Assembly (NCBI GenBank): GCA_050084515.1 | Contig: CM114271.1 | Coordinates: forward strand, 17,236,001 to 17,300,000 | Direction of reading: 5' to 3' | From: Blasia pusilla | Lineage: Eukaryota | DNA length: 64,000 bases | In this document: positions 1 through 12,850 of the stretch, piece after piece | Position numbering within the stretch: the stretch's first letter is position 1 | Layout: each line of letters opens with the position of its first letter | Translations under genes and position numbers: made by a program | Notes under the pieces: model-generated | What the model was told of the DNA's origin: nothing | The model's input: only the letters and a program-made list of their open reading frames with translations | The model's database searches: none

Positions 1-2194
1 GATTGGATAGCCATCTTCCTCTCTCTGTAGTGTTGGCTAAAAGCCTTAGGATAGCCTTTGGTGCACTTTTTGGTTTCTTTATCCATACATTGTGCATTTG
101 GATTTAATGGTCCACATGGCCCATGAACCATGCAATTAGCAATGAGAATACAACCTTGGATGGGTAGATTGATCAGGATCTCTGCTGAAATAATACGATC
201 ATAATCATGAGTGGCGTGGTTTATCCTCCCGCCCCTAATATAATAAGAACGTGCATATCGGCAAACCTTTTTTGGAATTCCACCACATGGATACATCCTG
301 CAACTCGTCCTAATATTTGCTTCTTGATGATAAGCCTTAATAACTCTTTCTTTTTCTTCTCAAAAACCCGTACAACCAAATCTGGTCGGTCTGCAACCGA
401 TTGACCAGGAATAAGGTTGATGTAATCTCCTCCCACTTTGGATTGCATGTCATAGTCAAAAAGTAGTCCGGCTTCCCCAAATGTCTTACAATTGCCATTG
501 CATCTTGATACACTTGATGCATGTGACGCGGTCCTCCAATAAAAGAAGAAGGTAATATAATGCGCCTCCCAACCTTGCGACTATCCACATCATGTCGATG
601 TATAGCATCCTTTACACCTTGATATAATTCAACCCTTAACTCCTTTTGATTCAAGCGAACCCATGATAATCGTTGCATCTCTACAGTTGCATAGAGGTCA
701 ACCATATATTCTTGAGTAAGTCGACCAAACCGCAATAACCGATTGTCATCTTCGCCTTCAATCCGCGTTTGAAGTCGAAAACATGCAAATTGCAAGGCCG
801 TAACACTCTTTGTTTTTCTTTCCACAAAAATATCACCATCAAGTCTTTCCTCATCCATCCAATCTTCTAAAGGATCCACGTGTCCCTCCTCATGAATAAT
901 CCGGCCCAATCGTTCGGATTCTCTATGACCTTCAATCCTCCCGAAGGGTATTCCACGATGCCAACCTGCTTCACCATAGGTAAATAGGAGAACAAAATGT
1001 AGTGGAATATATGCTTCATTGAGGTCTGATATACGCTTCACTCCTCCTCCATGTAGTCGTACAATTATATCACGATGGTCAACATGTTCACTACCATCAC
1101 CCGGCAATATAGCCGCAACCTCAGAAGCAATTGGTAAATTATAACGCTTAGCATCGAGACCTCTCTTACTTGCCTTGAGGATGATCTGCATATTAACGTC
1201 AATTGCTTCATATGCCATATGACGAAAGATCTTCACATATGGGTTGCATGCATGTAACATGTCTTGTAGCCCTCTCAAAATATCTGAATTAAGATCAGAA
1301 GATCTAGACATAACTCTTTCACGATTCTCCAATTCATTTGCGGTATCATGGATGTAGAGTTGAGCAAATTGGGGATGACCCCCCATATCAGGATGTAAGG
1401 ATCCAATAGAATGATAAATTCCGCCTTGGATCCTAAAGTGTCCGGTGCCACCTATTTGTTCATTTATATGCACTCCAGTAGAGGCAAGTTGAAGCGCAGA
1501 ATTGTAAGCTCTAGCATGTGTAAGAAAATGAAGACTTCTAGGACCAACACCTGAAATCAAGGATTTCAGGAATGGAGGAGACGATTTCAAGAGGGGTAAA
1601 TGTATTCTCCCATGGCCACAACACATGCCATATGGTGAGTCACTAATCTTTAAGCCTTTCACCCTTTCACATTTCCAATGTAAAGCATGACATGATGGGC
1701 ATATCTCTGTCATATAACCCAACGTATGACGACCGTTGACACGATTCAAACTCCTCTGTAATCTCAACTTCCTAATATCATTTTCTTGGAAATTTGGTCT
1801 TCTTGCAAGATTCAATAATGTATTTAATCTTACAATCCTATCAACAACAGACAACGGAGGAACCCTAGAAGCATTTTGTATAGTGGCACTTTCTGGAGAT
1901 AACACGACTCCATTAATGGTAGAAGACGAAGGATCTACTCTTGAGCTTGCTTCATCCTCGGAACGGGGAAGAGTTGAAGAATTCTCACCAACTTCATGTT
2001 GAAACAGAATCGGAAGAGTGATAGGTAACTTAACTTCTCGTATCACATAAGTAGTTGGCCTTGTCGTAGATATATTATCGACAACTTCATGGAGTGCACT
2101 ATCACGTAACTCCCGTCTTGGGGATGCAAGATATGTAGATGGAAGATGAAATTCTTGATTTTCTGCTACCATTCCTCCATCCTCATTAAAAGGC
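1..2194 (-). mobile_element. Helitron Rep (rolling-circle initiator) coding region, N-terminal/Rep part of RepHel; runs off the left window edge
   Basis: ORF 337..2172 has the Helitron Zn-finger (CPSCHALHW...CCGHG) and helitron_like_N blocks (AYNSALQLAS, FRIQGGIYHSIGSL, PQFAQLYIHD, LLFTYGEAGWH, GRLTQEYMVDLY, ILPSSFIGGPRHMHQVYQDAMAIVRHLGKPDYFLTMTCNPKW). It continues through frameshifts into DRPDLVVRVF, VEFQKR..MHVLI (HUH region) and MVHGPCG..NP...CTKGYPK. Confidence 0.93.
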
Positions 2195-3090
2195 CTGAGA
2201 AAACATCAATATATTACATAATACATACAAATTAAAAATGAACAATCAAAGATTTTCAGCGAGATGTAAAAATTTAGATATGTACCTCATGGATTGACTA
2301 CCAATGGCCATAAGCTCTTCATTTGGAGTAGTTAGAATACTTTGAACTACCATCGGAGTCTCAACTTGACCATGAAGCGCTTTCCTTCTTTTTCTATACT
2401 CTCGATAATAACACCTCTTTTTTCTTTCAAGGCTTCCATTTTATCAAAGACGAATAGCACGCGTTTTGGGCCTCGCCGCGTAGAACCTTCCAAAAATCAC
2501 GTACATCCACAGGATTCAATGGAATGGGAAGTCTGAAACAATACAGAAATGTTAAGAGTAATGCACTAACTTAAATGAAAAGTGAAGATTATGAAGGATA
2601 GAAATGTGGACATGTGAGGTGATTGTGAATTTTGCAAACTTACGTAGGAGATGTTTCGAGAAGGAATTCATCTTCAACAGGTGCTTTTTGAGCTAATATT
2701 TCCTTGCAACGTGCACGCCTTTTTTGTTGTGCGTTCACACGCATCAATTTTCGAAAGTCACGCAAATGTGTCGGATTTGATGGAATAGGAAGTCTATGCA
2801 AAAATTCCAAGATTGTATCATTTTAGTATATACATACAAAACATGGGATGTAAGGCGTATCGTGGAAATGGAAATAGGTTGCTTCCATTGTTCTCCCAAA
2901 GAAAGGTGCTTACATCGGAGAGGTGTTCTTCAATTCTTCGATTTGTCTCCCTGAATTTTGTTGTAGAATCGGTATATTTGTGATAACACCTAGCGGCCGT
3001 CTCTCCACGTTCAATAATAATCCACCTCCACTCGCCATCTACATTACACACCACAGAACTACTTAATAAAAATTGAAAAAGAAATTCCTG
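2195..3090 (-). other. Putative upstream exons/introns of the Helitron gene
   Basis: Minus-strand GT-AG introns at 2195-2285, 2533-2643 (GTAAGT donor) and 2794-2913 (GTAAGC donor). The 3' part of exon 2286-2532 (ILTTPNEELMAIGSQSMR) splices in frame to the main ORF, but that exon is not open throughout. Confidence 0.55.
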
Positions 3091-3470
3091 TAAAAAAGTC
3101 GAGAAAGACAATTATGAAAATTAAATTGGAAAAATGAGAAAAAAAGAGAAAGGGAATGAAAAAGTTTCGAGCTAGACATAAACCAATTTTAGAGGAAGAT
3201 TTTAAAAGAAAAATTTTAAGAGAAAGAGAATGAGAAATTAATGTTTTTTTCAAGAAGAAAAAAATGTAAAAGTTATTCTAGTTGGGATGTTTAAGAAAAA
3301 TTGGAAAAATATGAAAAAGGAAAATTTGGAAAAATAAGAAAAATTGGAAAAAGGAAATCCGGAAAAGAAAATCGGAAAAAAACCCTACCGAACCTATCCC
3401 AAACCTACAACCGAACCTATCCCGAACCACCCTACCCGCAGTTGGCGCCGCCTTTATAACTTGCCCAAAC

Positions 3471-3790
3471 CTAACGGTCCACTTTTTGTGGACCGTTAGA
3501 TCTGGGATCGGACGGACCGCGTCTGAGACGCGGCCGCTCTTCCCCCCTTCCCCCCAATTTAGGATCGTTCGATCCTAAATCGGACGGCCAGCGCCGAGAC
3601 GCGCCGCCCCACCCTTCTTCCCCCTCCCCCGATTTAGGATCGTTCGATCCTAAATCGGACGCCAGCGCGTCGAGACGCGCCGCCACCACCTTCCCCTTCC
3701 CTCCGATTTAGGATCGTTCGATCCTAAATCGGACGGCCAGCGTCTGAGACGCGTGGCGCCCCACCCCTTCCCCTTCCCACCTTCTAACGG
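3471..3790. repeat. Array of ~74-bp units, each with a perfect hairpin
   Basis: CCGATTTAGGATCG-TT-CGATCCTAAATCGG at 3629-3658 and 3703-3732, with a shorter version at 3557-3580. A separate hairpin CTAACGGTCCAC-TTTTT-GTGGACCGTTAG lies at 3471-3499. Confidence 0.9.
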
Positions 3791-4030
3791 GACGCAATTC
3801 TACACTGCCTCTCACGTTCATTTCCAAGACGATGCGTCCGTGGCTAAGCGCGTCTCGCCCCTCACGGGCTCCGCACTTCTCCTCACGGGCTCCGCTCTCA
3901 CACTTTTCCTCACGGGCTCCACTCTCTAGGTTTCGCCGAGAACGCGTTTCGCATAGTTGCCTCACGGGCTCCGCGACTCGCCTCACGGACTCTGTCTCAC
4001 ATGGGTCGCGTCTCTTGGTCAGGCAAAGCA

Positions 4031-4300
4031 GAGAGCTTTCTTCACCCGGTGTGCGTCTCTTGGTTGTGCAGAAGAGAGCTTTCTTCACACGGTGTGCGTA
4101 TCTTGGCCTGCGGCAGCAAGAGAGCTCTCTTCACACGGCTGTGCGTCTCTTAGCTGTGCAGCAGTAGAGCTTTCTTCACACGGCTGTGCGTATCTTGGCT
4201 GTGCAAGAGTAGAGCTCTCTTCACACGGCTGTGCATCTCTTGGCTGTGAAGCGAAGAGAGCTTTCTTCACACGGGTGTGCGTCTCTTTGGTCAGGCGCAC
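4031..4300. repeat. Tandem minisatellite, ~45-bp unit x6
   Basis: Repeated AGAGCT(T/C)TCTTCACACGG(C)TGTGCGT(C/A)TCTTGGCTGTGCA units. Confidence 0.9.
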
Positions 4301-4400
4301 TTCTCCTAGAGGACTCCGCTCTCACACGGTCTTTGGTCTTTCGCTCATTCTCCCGTCTTTGGTCTTTCGTGCATGGTTCAACCTCGCTCTAAGCCTCACG

Positions 4401-4497
4401 GGCTTTGCACTCACTTGGCTGTGCTACATTGCAGCAAACTTCTGCTCGGCTTTGCACTCACTTGGCTGTGCTACATTGCAGCAAACTTCTGCTCGGC
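4401..4497. repeat. 47-bp tandem duplication
   Basis: GGCTTTGCACTCACTTGGCTGTGCTACATTGCAGCAAACTTCTGCTC occurs twice in tandem. Confidence 0.9.
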
Positions 4498-5623
4498 GGT
4501 GTTTGCTCTCATCTGGCAGTGCCAGATGGTTCCCGAATTCTGTTGTTTGGCTGGCTAATTAGGGTCTTGTGCACATCGTTTGGCGCGTGCTTGTTTCGAC
4601 TTAGTAAGGAGTCTAGTCGATGGAACAGTTCTCCCACTTCCTCTCACGTCCACTTCCAAGACGATGCGTTCAAGTTGCGCCCACCCATAGACTATCTTAG
4701 TGGACTTAGTGATCTTAGTGATCTTGGTGCTGGTTTCGGTTTCTCTACATTTCTGATGCACTGCTCATTCGATGCAGTAAGGTGGGTTGGAGGTTGCACT
4801 AAGTTCTAAGGCAACCCCATCATAATCCGCGTTCTCCCAGAGTTGAGTACTGATAGCTAGGGATGGAGAGTCTTGTGACAGAAATTCATACATGGAATAC
4901 CACAACTTCCATAAGTCACTTGCTTCTCAAAGATAGCATTACATGTGTCATTTGCTACAGATGATTCATCTGCAAACTCTTTCTCTCCTAGCTACGAAGG
5001 TCATTTCCAAATATGTATATTAACTACCACACTCTTTCCAGTTGGTGCTCTCTGAGGTGAGATGTTCATCTCCTGTGGTTCTGAGACGCATGTAGTAGGT
5101 CTTTCTACCTGAATAGGGGATGTCCTATGGGACTCCGAATGCTGATGTTTTACATTGAGGTTCGGAGTTCTCTGCCGTTTCTTTGCAGATCCCCTCTCGT
5201 TCGTGTTGACCCTCTCGTTAGTGGTCCTTCTAAGTCGATATGGGGCGCGCGCTGGACTTCAATAAAACATCGTTTCCCAAACCTTCAATTGGTTGGGATG
5301 ATACCCTTGTCCGACAACGCAGGATGTGATCCAGCAGGAAGGGAATCCTTCACCCCACCTTCGAAGCCTGGAGCATGTTCGGGAGTGAGTCTCTCTCCCC
5401 AAGGACTGCTTGGAAAGTATGACTTTTTCCACATACTCAAACGTATGACTTCTTCTCCAGATATGGGGGACCACTTGGAGCTTTCCAATGGTTCAACATC
5501 AGGTGACTTTACACCATAATTCTTTTTGGATGCAGTGGCCTTAGACACACTCTTCCCCTTCCCTTGTATTGACTTGCGCGTTGTGACTCTGGTTGCCATG
5601 TTTGGTTGGATGTATTTCGTTTT

Positions 5624-6020
5624 GCACCTCTGTCCAAAATGGCCGCAGGTCTGAGAGTCGTGCTCAGGAGCCGCTGGACCCGAGCCGAGTAGAGCTTGTG
5701 CTAGGGAGTCGCTGGAGCTGCGGCCGGAGGTGGAGCAGGAGACAGAGTTGGAGTTGAGTCGAGTAGTATACGTGCTCGGGAGCCCCCAGAGCTGCAGCCG
5801 GAGGAGGAGCGGGAGACAGAGTTGGAGACAGAGCTCGAGCTGCAAACGAAGTCGGAGCTGTAGATGGGCTCACAGTTGAAGCTGATGAATCTAAACGATC
5901 CAGCACCACCTGGATCGTTTTTCACCTCTGTCCAAAATGGCCGCAGGCGTGAGAGCCACTAGAGCTGCAGTCGAAGTCGGAACTGTAGATGGGCTCACAG
6001 TTGAAGCTAATGAATCTAAA
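5624..6020. repeat. Local direct duplications
   Basis: CACCTCTGTCCAAAATGGCCGCAGG at ~5624 and ~5923; GAAGTCGGA.CTGTAGATGGGCTCACAGTTGAAGCT.ATGAATCTAAA at ~5848 and ~5973. Confidence 0.8.
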
Positions 6021-6307
6021 TCAGACAGCACCACCTGGTTTGTAGGGAGCATACAAACATTAGAATGTTACCGTGTGTATTGCTAGAGGTAGAGTTCGGA
6101 ATCTATTGCATCACTTGTAATAGCAATATTACCTCAGAATGCACGCCTTGAAAATAAAGCAAATAAATTGTCACCTGATTGTCGAGAGCACAGTGGAGAT
6201 TTTTAATCTCTGTGCAGCAATAAATACAATTCCCCCCAGGGGTTTGAAACTTGAACGCATCGTCTTGATCCCTCTCGCCGACTTTTCACTAACTGAGAGG
6301 TCATTTA

Positions 6308-6445
6308 CATCAACGGACGTCCCTTCTCCCGAAGATCTTAACTGTCCTAAGGACGAAAATTTGAAAACTCGCATAAAATCAACGGATGTCCCTTCTCCCG
6401 AAGATCTTAACTGTCCAAGGACAAAAATTTGACCACTCGCAATAA
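6308..6445. repeat. ~69-bp tandem duplication
   Basis: ATCAACGGA(C/T)GTCCCTTCTCCCGAAGATCTTAACTGTCC..GGAC.AAAATTTGA..ACTCGCA occurs twice. Confidence 0.85.
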
Positions 6446-8430
6446 AAGCCTGAAGCGGCGGATTACCCTAAACCCTAAAATGCACCATCCAACAGCTATG
6501 AGAAAACAGCCATCATAATCCAATCTGTCGATCCCTCATTTGGCGAAATGTCCACGTGGCAGAAGGCTGGTTGGTTGCACTTCTATAGTATAGATTAAAC
6601 ATACCACTCCAAACCAAACTGGCAATGAAAGGTCGAATTAGCCTTTCGGAAGTGCAGTACTCCATGTCCATCCGATGGATGGACATGGATGTACAACCAC
6701 TAACCCGAGTGGTCACTTAATTACGCTGCCCGCGAACGCCCATCTCGGAATCTATCCGGATCCAGGAGATTCGGCCGAAAGCCTGAACGACTTGCGAGTC
6801 TCTGAAGCCGAATAAAATCTACAAGACTCAAGAGCCGCGCGCGGTCCACAGTTCTCCCCGTCCTCGCCGATTTTCGACCCAAGAGCTGAGCTACTTCGCC
6901 CACCCAAATCCCAGCTGCGTCCTGCGCGCGGTTTTCTCTGTTTCCGAATGGCCTGAGAACGCAATGGTGATATGGATAAGCCTCGGAGTGATGTCACTCT
7001 GCTACGAAGAGAGCGACGCGAGAGATGGAGCTCCAGGAGGTCCGCCTTCCGAGGCGCCTAAAATCTAACAGATCGGCGCTAGCGTAGCGGACAGGGCTCA
7101 CACAAACGAGGATCATCGGACTACACCGAGCGATGGACCCCAAACGCAAAATCTCCCTGAGGGTCTTACACCCTCCCGCTCTGAAGCATCGACAGGAACT
7201 CATGGAAAGTGGTCCGACAGGACTCGAGACGTAGGGTGCCGCCTGTTTCCCGTCATTCATTCGCTAATGATCTGTGCCAAGCGGCTGTACAGTGTTTCCA
7301 GTTTCAGACCGCAACTGAATTGGACCTGGCAGTGCGCGTTATGTCGTGGAGCGTCGATTTGGAACTGGCGATATTCATGTGACCGGATATCGAAACCATT
7401 GAAAATTGCTTCGTGACGTCGGCCATGTTGGACTGTTGCGAGCAGCTCCATCAACGAACACTAATCTGACCCGGAAATCAAATCGAGGCCCGCTGGTACG
7501 TACGTGCCGCGTCCCACACAAATCTCCGAGTGGTCATCGATCCATCGAACCTGTCTACTGCAAACTTTCGGGGAAGTCTGGGTGTGCGCAGGCTCGTTGA
7601 AACCGAGGCAAACTTATTTTGTGGTGACCGCTGCCACAAGTCAATTATTGCGGAGATGTTCTTACGTGACTTTGGGTACATAAGCGATGGGATTTTTTTT
7701 TCGGAAATTCTCGCTTCACTCGTAACATCGTACAACAAAATGAAGTACAATTTTTTTCCCCTTCACAGTGATGTTGGGAGAAGGGGAGGAAGAGATTGTT
7801 ATAGGGTTTAGGTTTACTTTGTTACGATGGCATTCGTCTTCCTATCTTTAGAATTTCAATTTCTAAAAAAGCGAGAGTTGGGGATTTTCGACTTCCTCTA
7901 CCCTATAAAATCATCTCCCGAGTGTAATTGTGGCAAAATACATAACATCTCCAACTACACATCAACAAAAACTTGTTTGTAAATGTCTATATTACCACTC
8001 TCATGTTTGTATTTAATTTTATGACATTACTCTTTTTTAAATGATTGGGATAATTTTAGAATTGGCATAATTCATCATCAAATATTATTAGCTTTCCCTA
8101 AAATGGTATATATATATATATCTAGACATCATAGACATTTTTTAAAGTACCATTCATTATCTTAAATACATAAGTCTAAATAAGTCATAGGTGTGTAATC
8201 CCATGTAATAAACAAAGCATATTGGTTCAAACATGGATATTGTATTATTATTAACTAGCAATCTATAGATTATATAATAAAATAAATTAGAATTTATAGA
8301 AGAAATTAGAACTTGCAAGTAGAGGTAGAGAGTTCTTCATCCTTTTAGATATTTTCATTATTAAAGATTTATTTGCAAGTAGAATTCTCATAAAGATTTA
8401 AAAGATCTTGTGGCGTGAATGTGTTGTGTG

Positions 8431-8990
8431 CAACGTTGCAGGGAAACGGACACGTTTGTCCATGGGACAAATTTGTCGGCTCGGATCCAGGCCGCAAGAA
8501 CCCGGGCCCGCATGGACATGTTCGTCCTTAGGACCAACATAAGTCGGCAGATACGAACCAAGGTTGCACACGGGAAAATTCGTGTTTACACACATCTCCA
8601 AATCTGTAGACTTATGTCCGTCTCGAGCACGGGCATGTTTGTGCGGGCCCAAAAACCCGAGTCCACGCCAACCGAGCATTCCGCCCTAGCTCGCGTAGAG
8701 TGCATCGCATTCTTGCAACCTGACGCTCATTTTGCCGCCCAATTTATAGTTCGCTTCGTGTCGCTGGCTTCCAAATCGCGGTTGAGTCAGACCCATATCC
8801 CGTAATGTGCGGGCGTCAAGAGGTCTGCGCCTAGCCCACCCATTCCTCGCTCGCACGCCCGCCCTCGACTCGCCTCACCCCACCCGCGCCCTCCTGCGCC
8901 TGCCCATCCTTCTTGCATCCACCCGCCCGCGGTCAAACCTAACTTGTCCTCCAAGCCCACACTTGGCCCGCGTCCTACAAACCCTAAAAG
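8431..8990. mobile_element. Degenerate copy/copies of the non-autonomous hAT-type TIR family
   Basis: Terminal-like sequences CAACGTTGCAGGGAAACGGAC (8431) and CAAGGTTGCACACGG (8559), GGACATG/GACTTATGTCCGTC subterminal motifs and a GC-rich body. No TSD confirmed. Confidence 0.6.
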
Positions 8991-10049
8991 GAAATGTGGT
9001 AGAGTTCTATTGGTGGAGGCTAAGTTGGAACCTACTTTCTCCCTTTCCAAACGTCTTAAATGGGTTAAAAAAAAAACCCTATAAGCAAATGGCTCATAAG
9101 TGGGCCCCAAAATGGTCTTAAGGGGGTGATTAGGGGCTAATAAGTCACATTTTCTCTCATTCTTCATGTTTTTCCTCCTTTTCTTTGGGAGTGGGATTAG
9201 TTTTGGATTAGGCCCCAAATTTCGATCGGTGCGTTGAGAGCTAAGGGCTTTCAAAGTTGCTAAGAATTATGGGGAAATCCGTTGCGTGCCTTTGGGAATA
9301 GTTAGATTTTATTTGTGACCAACTCTTGATAATGCACTTTGAAATGATATGTCTATACCTCTTCCTCTAACAATGAATTTTCCATGTTAAGAAGATCATT
9401 TCACTAAAATTGTCAAAGTTATAAGGCATGTTTATGAAAAATATGTGATGTTTAGAGTTCTATTCTTCAATCTTAGAACATGATCTTCTCTATTGTAGGA
9501 CATAATTTGGCATATATACTTGTATCATATTGAGCATGTAACTATTACATGCCTCCAAAAAAAGAAAAACTACACGCTCGTGCTTGAACATTGTATTCCT
9601 TGTTCTAAATGTCCTTTACTTATGGCCCTCCACAAGATGCAAACAAGTATTCATACTCCTCAACAATGCAATGTGCAAGATGCAAATATATTACCTAATC
9701 CGATATTTCAAACATTGGAAACCTTCCCTATGTACCCTTATGTTATTTCCTTTCTTCATCTTCTTGTAAAGTATCCTCCATGTATAGCTTTTCTCAAGTT
9801 CTTCAATCACTAATGTGAGGTATTTTCTACTTTTTTAGACTTTGCGATCCCAAGGAATGTCACTCGAGTATAGAGCCCCCACATGTAACTAGAACGCTTT
9901 TTCTCAAATGAAAGGCAATACCTTATTGAATTTTCCTTGATGTTAGATGAAGATCTATAATTGTTTATCTCATACGAGAACGACTTATGTTCATGACTTA
10001 TGTTTTCATACCTGTACGTTATGTTTTTAAATGTCTTCTTCTTATATAG

Positions 10050-12850
10050 GTATATTTTCTTCATTGAAGAATGTTAGCAAATTTTCAAGTTTGGCTTATA
10101 TTTAGAGCGACCAAGTATTTTTAGATTGGTTATTCATCTCCAAAATGAACAAATTCTACATTCTCATGCTAATGATCCATTCGAGACCATTTTACAAAGA
10201 CGCAAGGATACAATTCTAATGGTATGGTTTGCAACCAACCATTTAGATTCATCAACAAAAAAATATCTATATGTTGATTATCCTTCACATTACATATGGA
10301 AAAATAAAATGTGTCACAGGCATAACCAAGCATAACATGGTTGTGATCATCCTATGGGGCGCTTATATCTGACTTGTTTAGGTATGCATTTTCTACAATA
10401 GTGCATATCTTAAGCAAACCATTCTTTACTTTCCATTGCAAAGTTCATGCATAGATTTTGCATATGCGCTTTGTTTCCTTAAATAACGTTTCATAAATTG
10501 TAGGAAATGGTGAATGTCATTAGTTGTGATTGCTTCTTCATCACATTCGAGGTGCAACTACATATGCAGATTTGAGGATTCTGCATGGAGAAATCTATCT
10601 AACCTTCAAAAAGGCTGCTATTCAATTAGAACTTTGACAGGATGATAGGGAGGTAATACTTGGCTTGCAAGAAACTTGGAGGTTAATCGCTTTGTCAACT
10701 CTTTGCTATAATTTTGGCTTATAACACACCATCTACATATCCAAATTCATCTTACCAAAGATTTGAGGAAAAATGTACATATAATTTTTCCTCCTATAAT
10801 CAACTTTACGTCTCCATGTAATTTGCATTATTTTAAATGTCTTTTATGGTAAATCCAAGCCTTTTTGTGCACAGATAACAAGACTTTAAGATATTCCTTG
10901 GAATGCAGAGATCATCAATTCTACTTTGTTCCATGTTCTAAACCATTTGGAAGACCAAGGGAAGGGATTGTCAAACTTTCTAAACATGCCCCAATCCATT
11001 TTCCACGAACAAACCTTCCCAATTTCGCATCTTGAGAAAGAAAGAGATCTTATATAATATAAAAGAGTTATATGAAGAAGCTATCCATGGAGAGACATTA
11101 TTGAATTTAGGGAAACAAGTTTTTTGAGATGGGGTGCATGAACAACTTTAGAACTTGAGTGAAGATAACCCACTTTTGATAAGGACATGAAAGCTTACAT
11201 CATTCATTACTTCTCTCATATTCTTCATGTAGAGTATCATTATTTTTTTCTTACATAAAACCTTCATCGTGTCTTTGTAAGAAAAAATATTTTTTTATTG
11301 ATAGTCTTGAACGCTTGGTGGGACTGAAAAAATATTTCTATACAATCTCCTACTCAAAAGTATTTGGGGTCAAGGAGATATTGTATAGGTTATTGCCTCA
11401 TGATCCAAGATAGTGGCTTTATTTTTGGAAGGAGTTTATAGAATTTATTCTTGCTTCAAGATTTTGATCAACATTGATGAAAATTCCACCTGCAAGTATG
11501 AACCAATATCTATTATTGCCTATACTTCTATCCAATAGATTACTTTCTTTACTTCATTCCATCCATGACAAGATATCAATTGACTCATTACCTCTTGCAG
11601 GATCCTTGTTATTAGTAATCAGGTATGTGCCATCCAAATCTCTAAGCTCATCATATGGGACGAGGCAATTATGACTGATCATCAATCATAAATTGCAAGA
11701 TATCATAAGATATGCGTATCCTCATTTAAGAGAGTTACCACTCAGTGAAAGCATATTGGTTTTTGTGGAGATTTCCATCAAGTCCTTTTCCTTGTTTGTC
11801 ATGCATATCATCTGCAAATTGTGCAAGCCACATTTAAGAGATCCCTTTTATGATCTTATATGAGGGTGATGAAACTTACCACGAATTTGAGAGTCCAAAA
11901 TTTGGAAGGTATCATTCTTTCTTTCTTTCTTCTTTTTAGTTTTTGGTAATTGAAAACGTACCAATTTGAGAAATTTTTCTATATATGTAAAGTTCTTTGG
12001 TTCCACATATACAGATCCTACACATGCCTATCAAGAAGAGTTTGCAAATTGGTTGTTGCAAGTTGGAGAAGGTCGTCTTCCTTTACATAAGGAATTAGGG
12101 GATGATATGATCTTTAAGAAAAATATCAAGGATCTCATATATAAATCTCATGAATATATTCTATGAAATAATAATTGATTGTCAACCATTCCATGACATT
12201 ACTTTCTTGAGGGATATCACTATTTTAACACTTAGAAATTGAGATATGGATCATATCAATACCAAAGTTATGTCCCAATTTAAGGTAACTTTTTTATTGC
12301 ATATTTTTGCACCCATTTTTGTTACTCTATGAAAATGATATGTACCTTTAATATAATTTTATATCTTATATAGAAGAGCATATTTATCTTAATGCAGATT
12401 CTGTTTTAGATGAGGGGATGTCTCATGTTTATCCCACGGAGTTTTGGAATATTAGTTTACCTTTTGGATAACCGCCACATTCTTTCCTAAAGATAGGGGC
12501 ACCAATGATGTTATTACGAAACATAAATGGAGCAAAAGAACAAGCTTATGGGACACGATTGATCATGGATACCAATATTATTACAAGTAGAAATATTGGA
12601 GATCGGATTTTCATCCCACACATTCTTTTGATTGCATATGACTTTAGCTTACTTTTAAATCCTCATAGATTTCATATTTTTATTTATCCTTTTTTTTTTA
12701 TGACTATTGATAAATCTCAAAATCAAAATTTACAACAAATTAGAATCTACTTACCAAGATTTATATTCTTTTATGGACAATTATATGTTATTTTATCAAA
12801 AGAGCATGTACTAGAAATACGATTCTTATAATTACTTGTATTACAAGAAT
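10050..12850 (+). pseudogene. Decayed Helitron RepHel remnant (end of Rep plus PIF1-type helicase)
   Basis: Ordered degenerate motifs across stops, frameshifts and introns: RLVIHLQNEQ, LMVWFATN...YVDYPSHYIW, LLLHHIRGATTYADLR, FFID..GGTEKIFLYN (Walker A region), KLIIWDEAIM (Walker B), GDFHQVL, FANWLLQVGEG, LKIGAPMMLLRNI..YGTRL, MTIDKSQNQNL...YGQLYVILS. Confidence 0.88.

Noticed and set aside
4031-4300. 45-bp array as CRISPR or coding repeat
   Set aside because: The variable parts are short diverged versions of each other, and the overlapping ORFs are by-products of the repeat.
6465-7815. CCCTAAA/TTTAGGG motifs at ~6466 and ~7802 as telomere
   Set aside because: Only about two units each; at most telo-box motifs.
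8261-8300. A|TCTATAGATTATATAATAAAAT as the 5' end of the second Helitron
   Set aside because: Plausible, but the motif is too low-complexity and no matching intact 3' hairpin-CTAG was confirmed.
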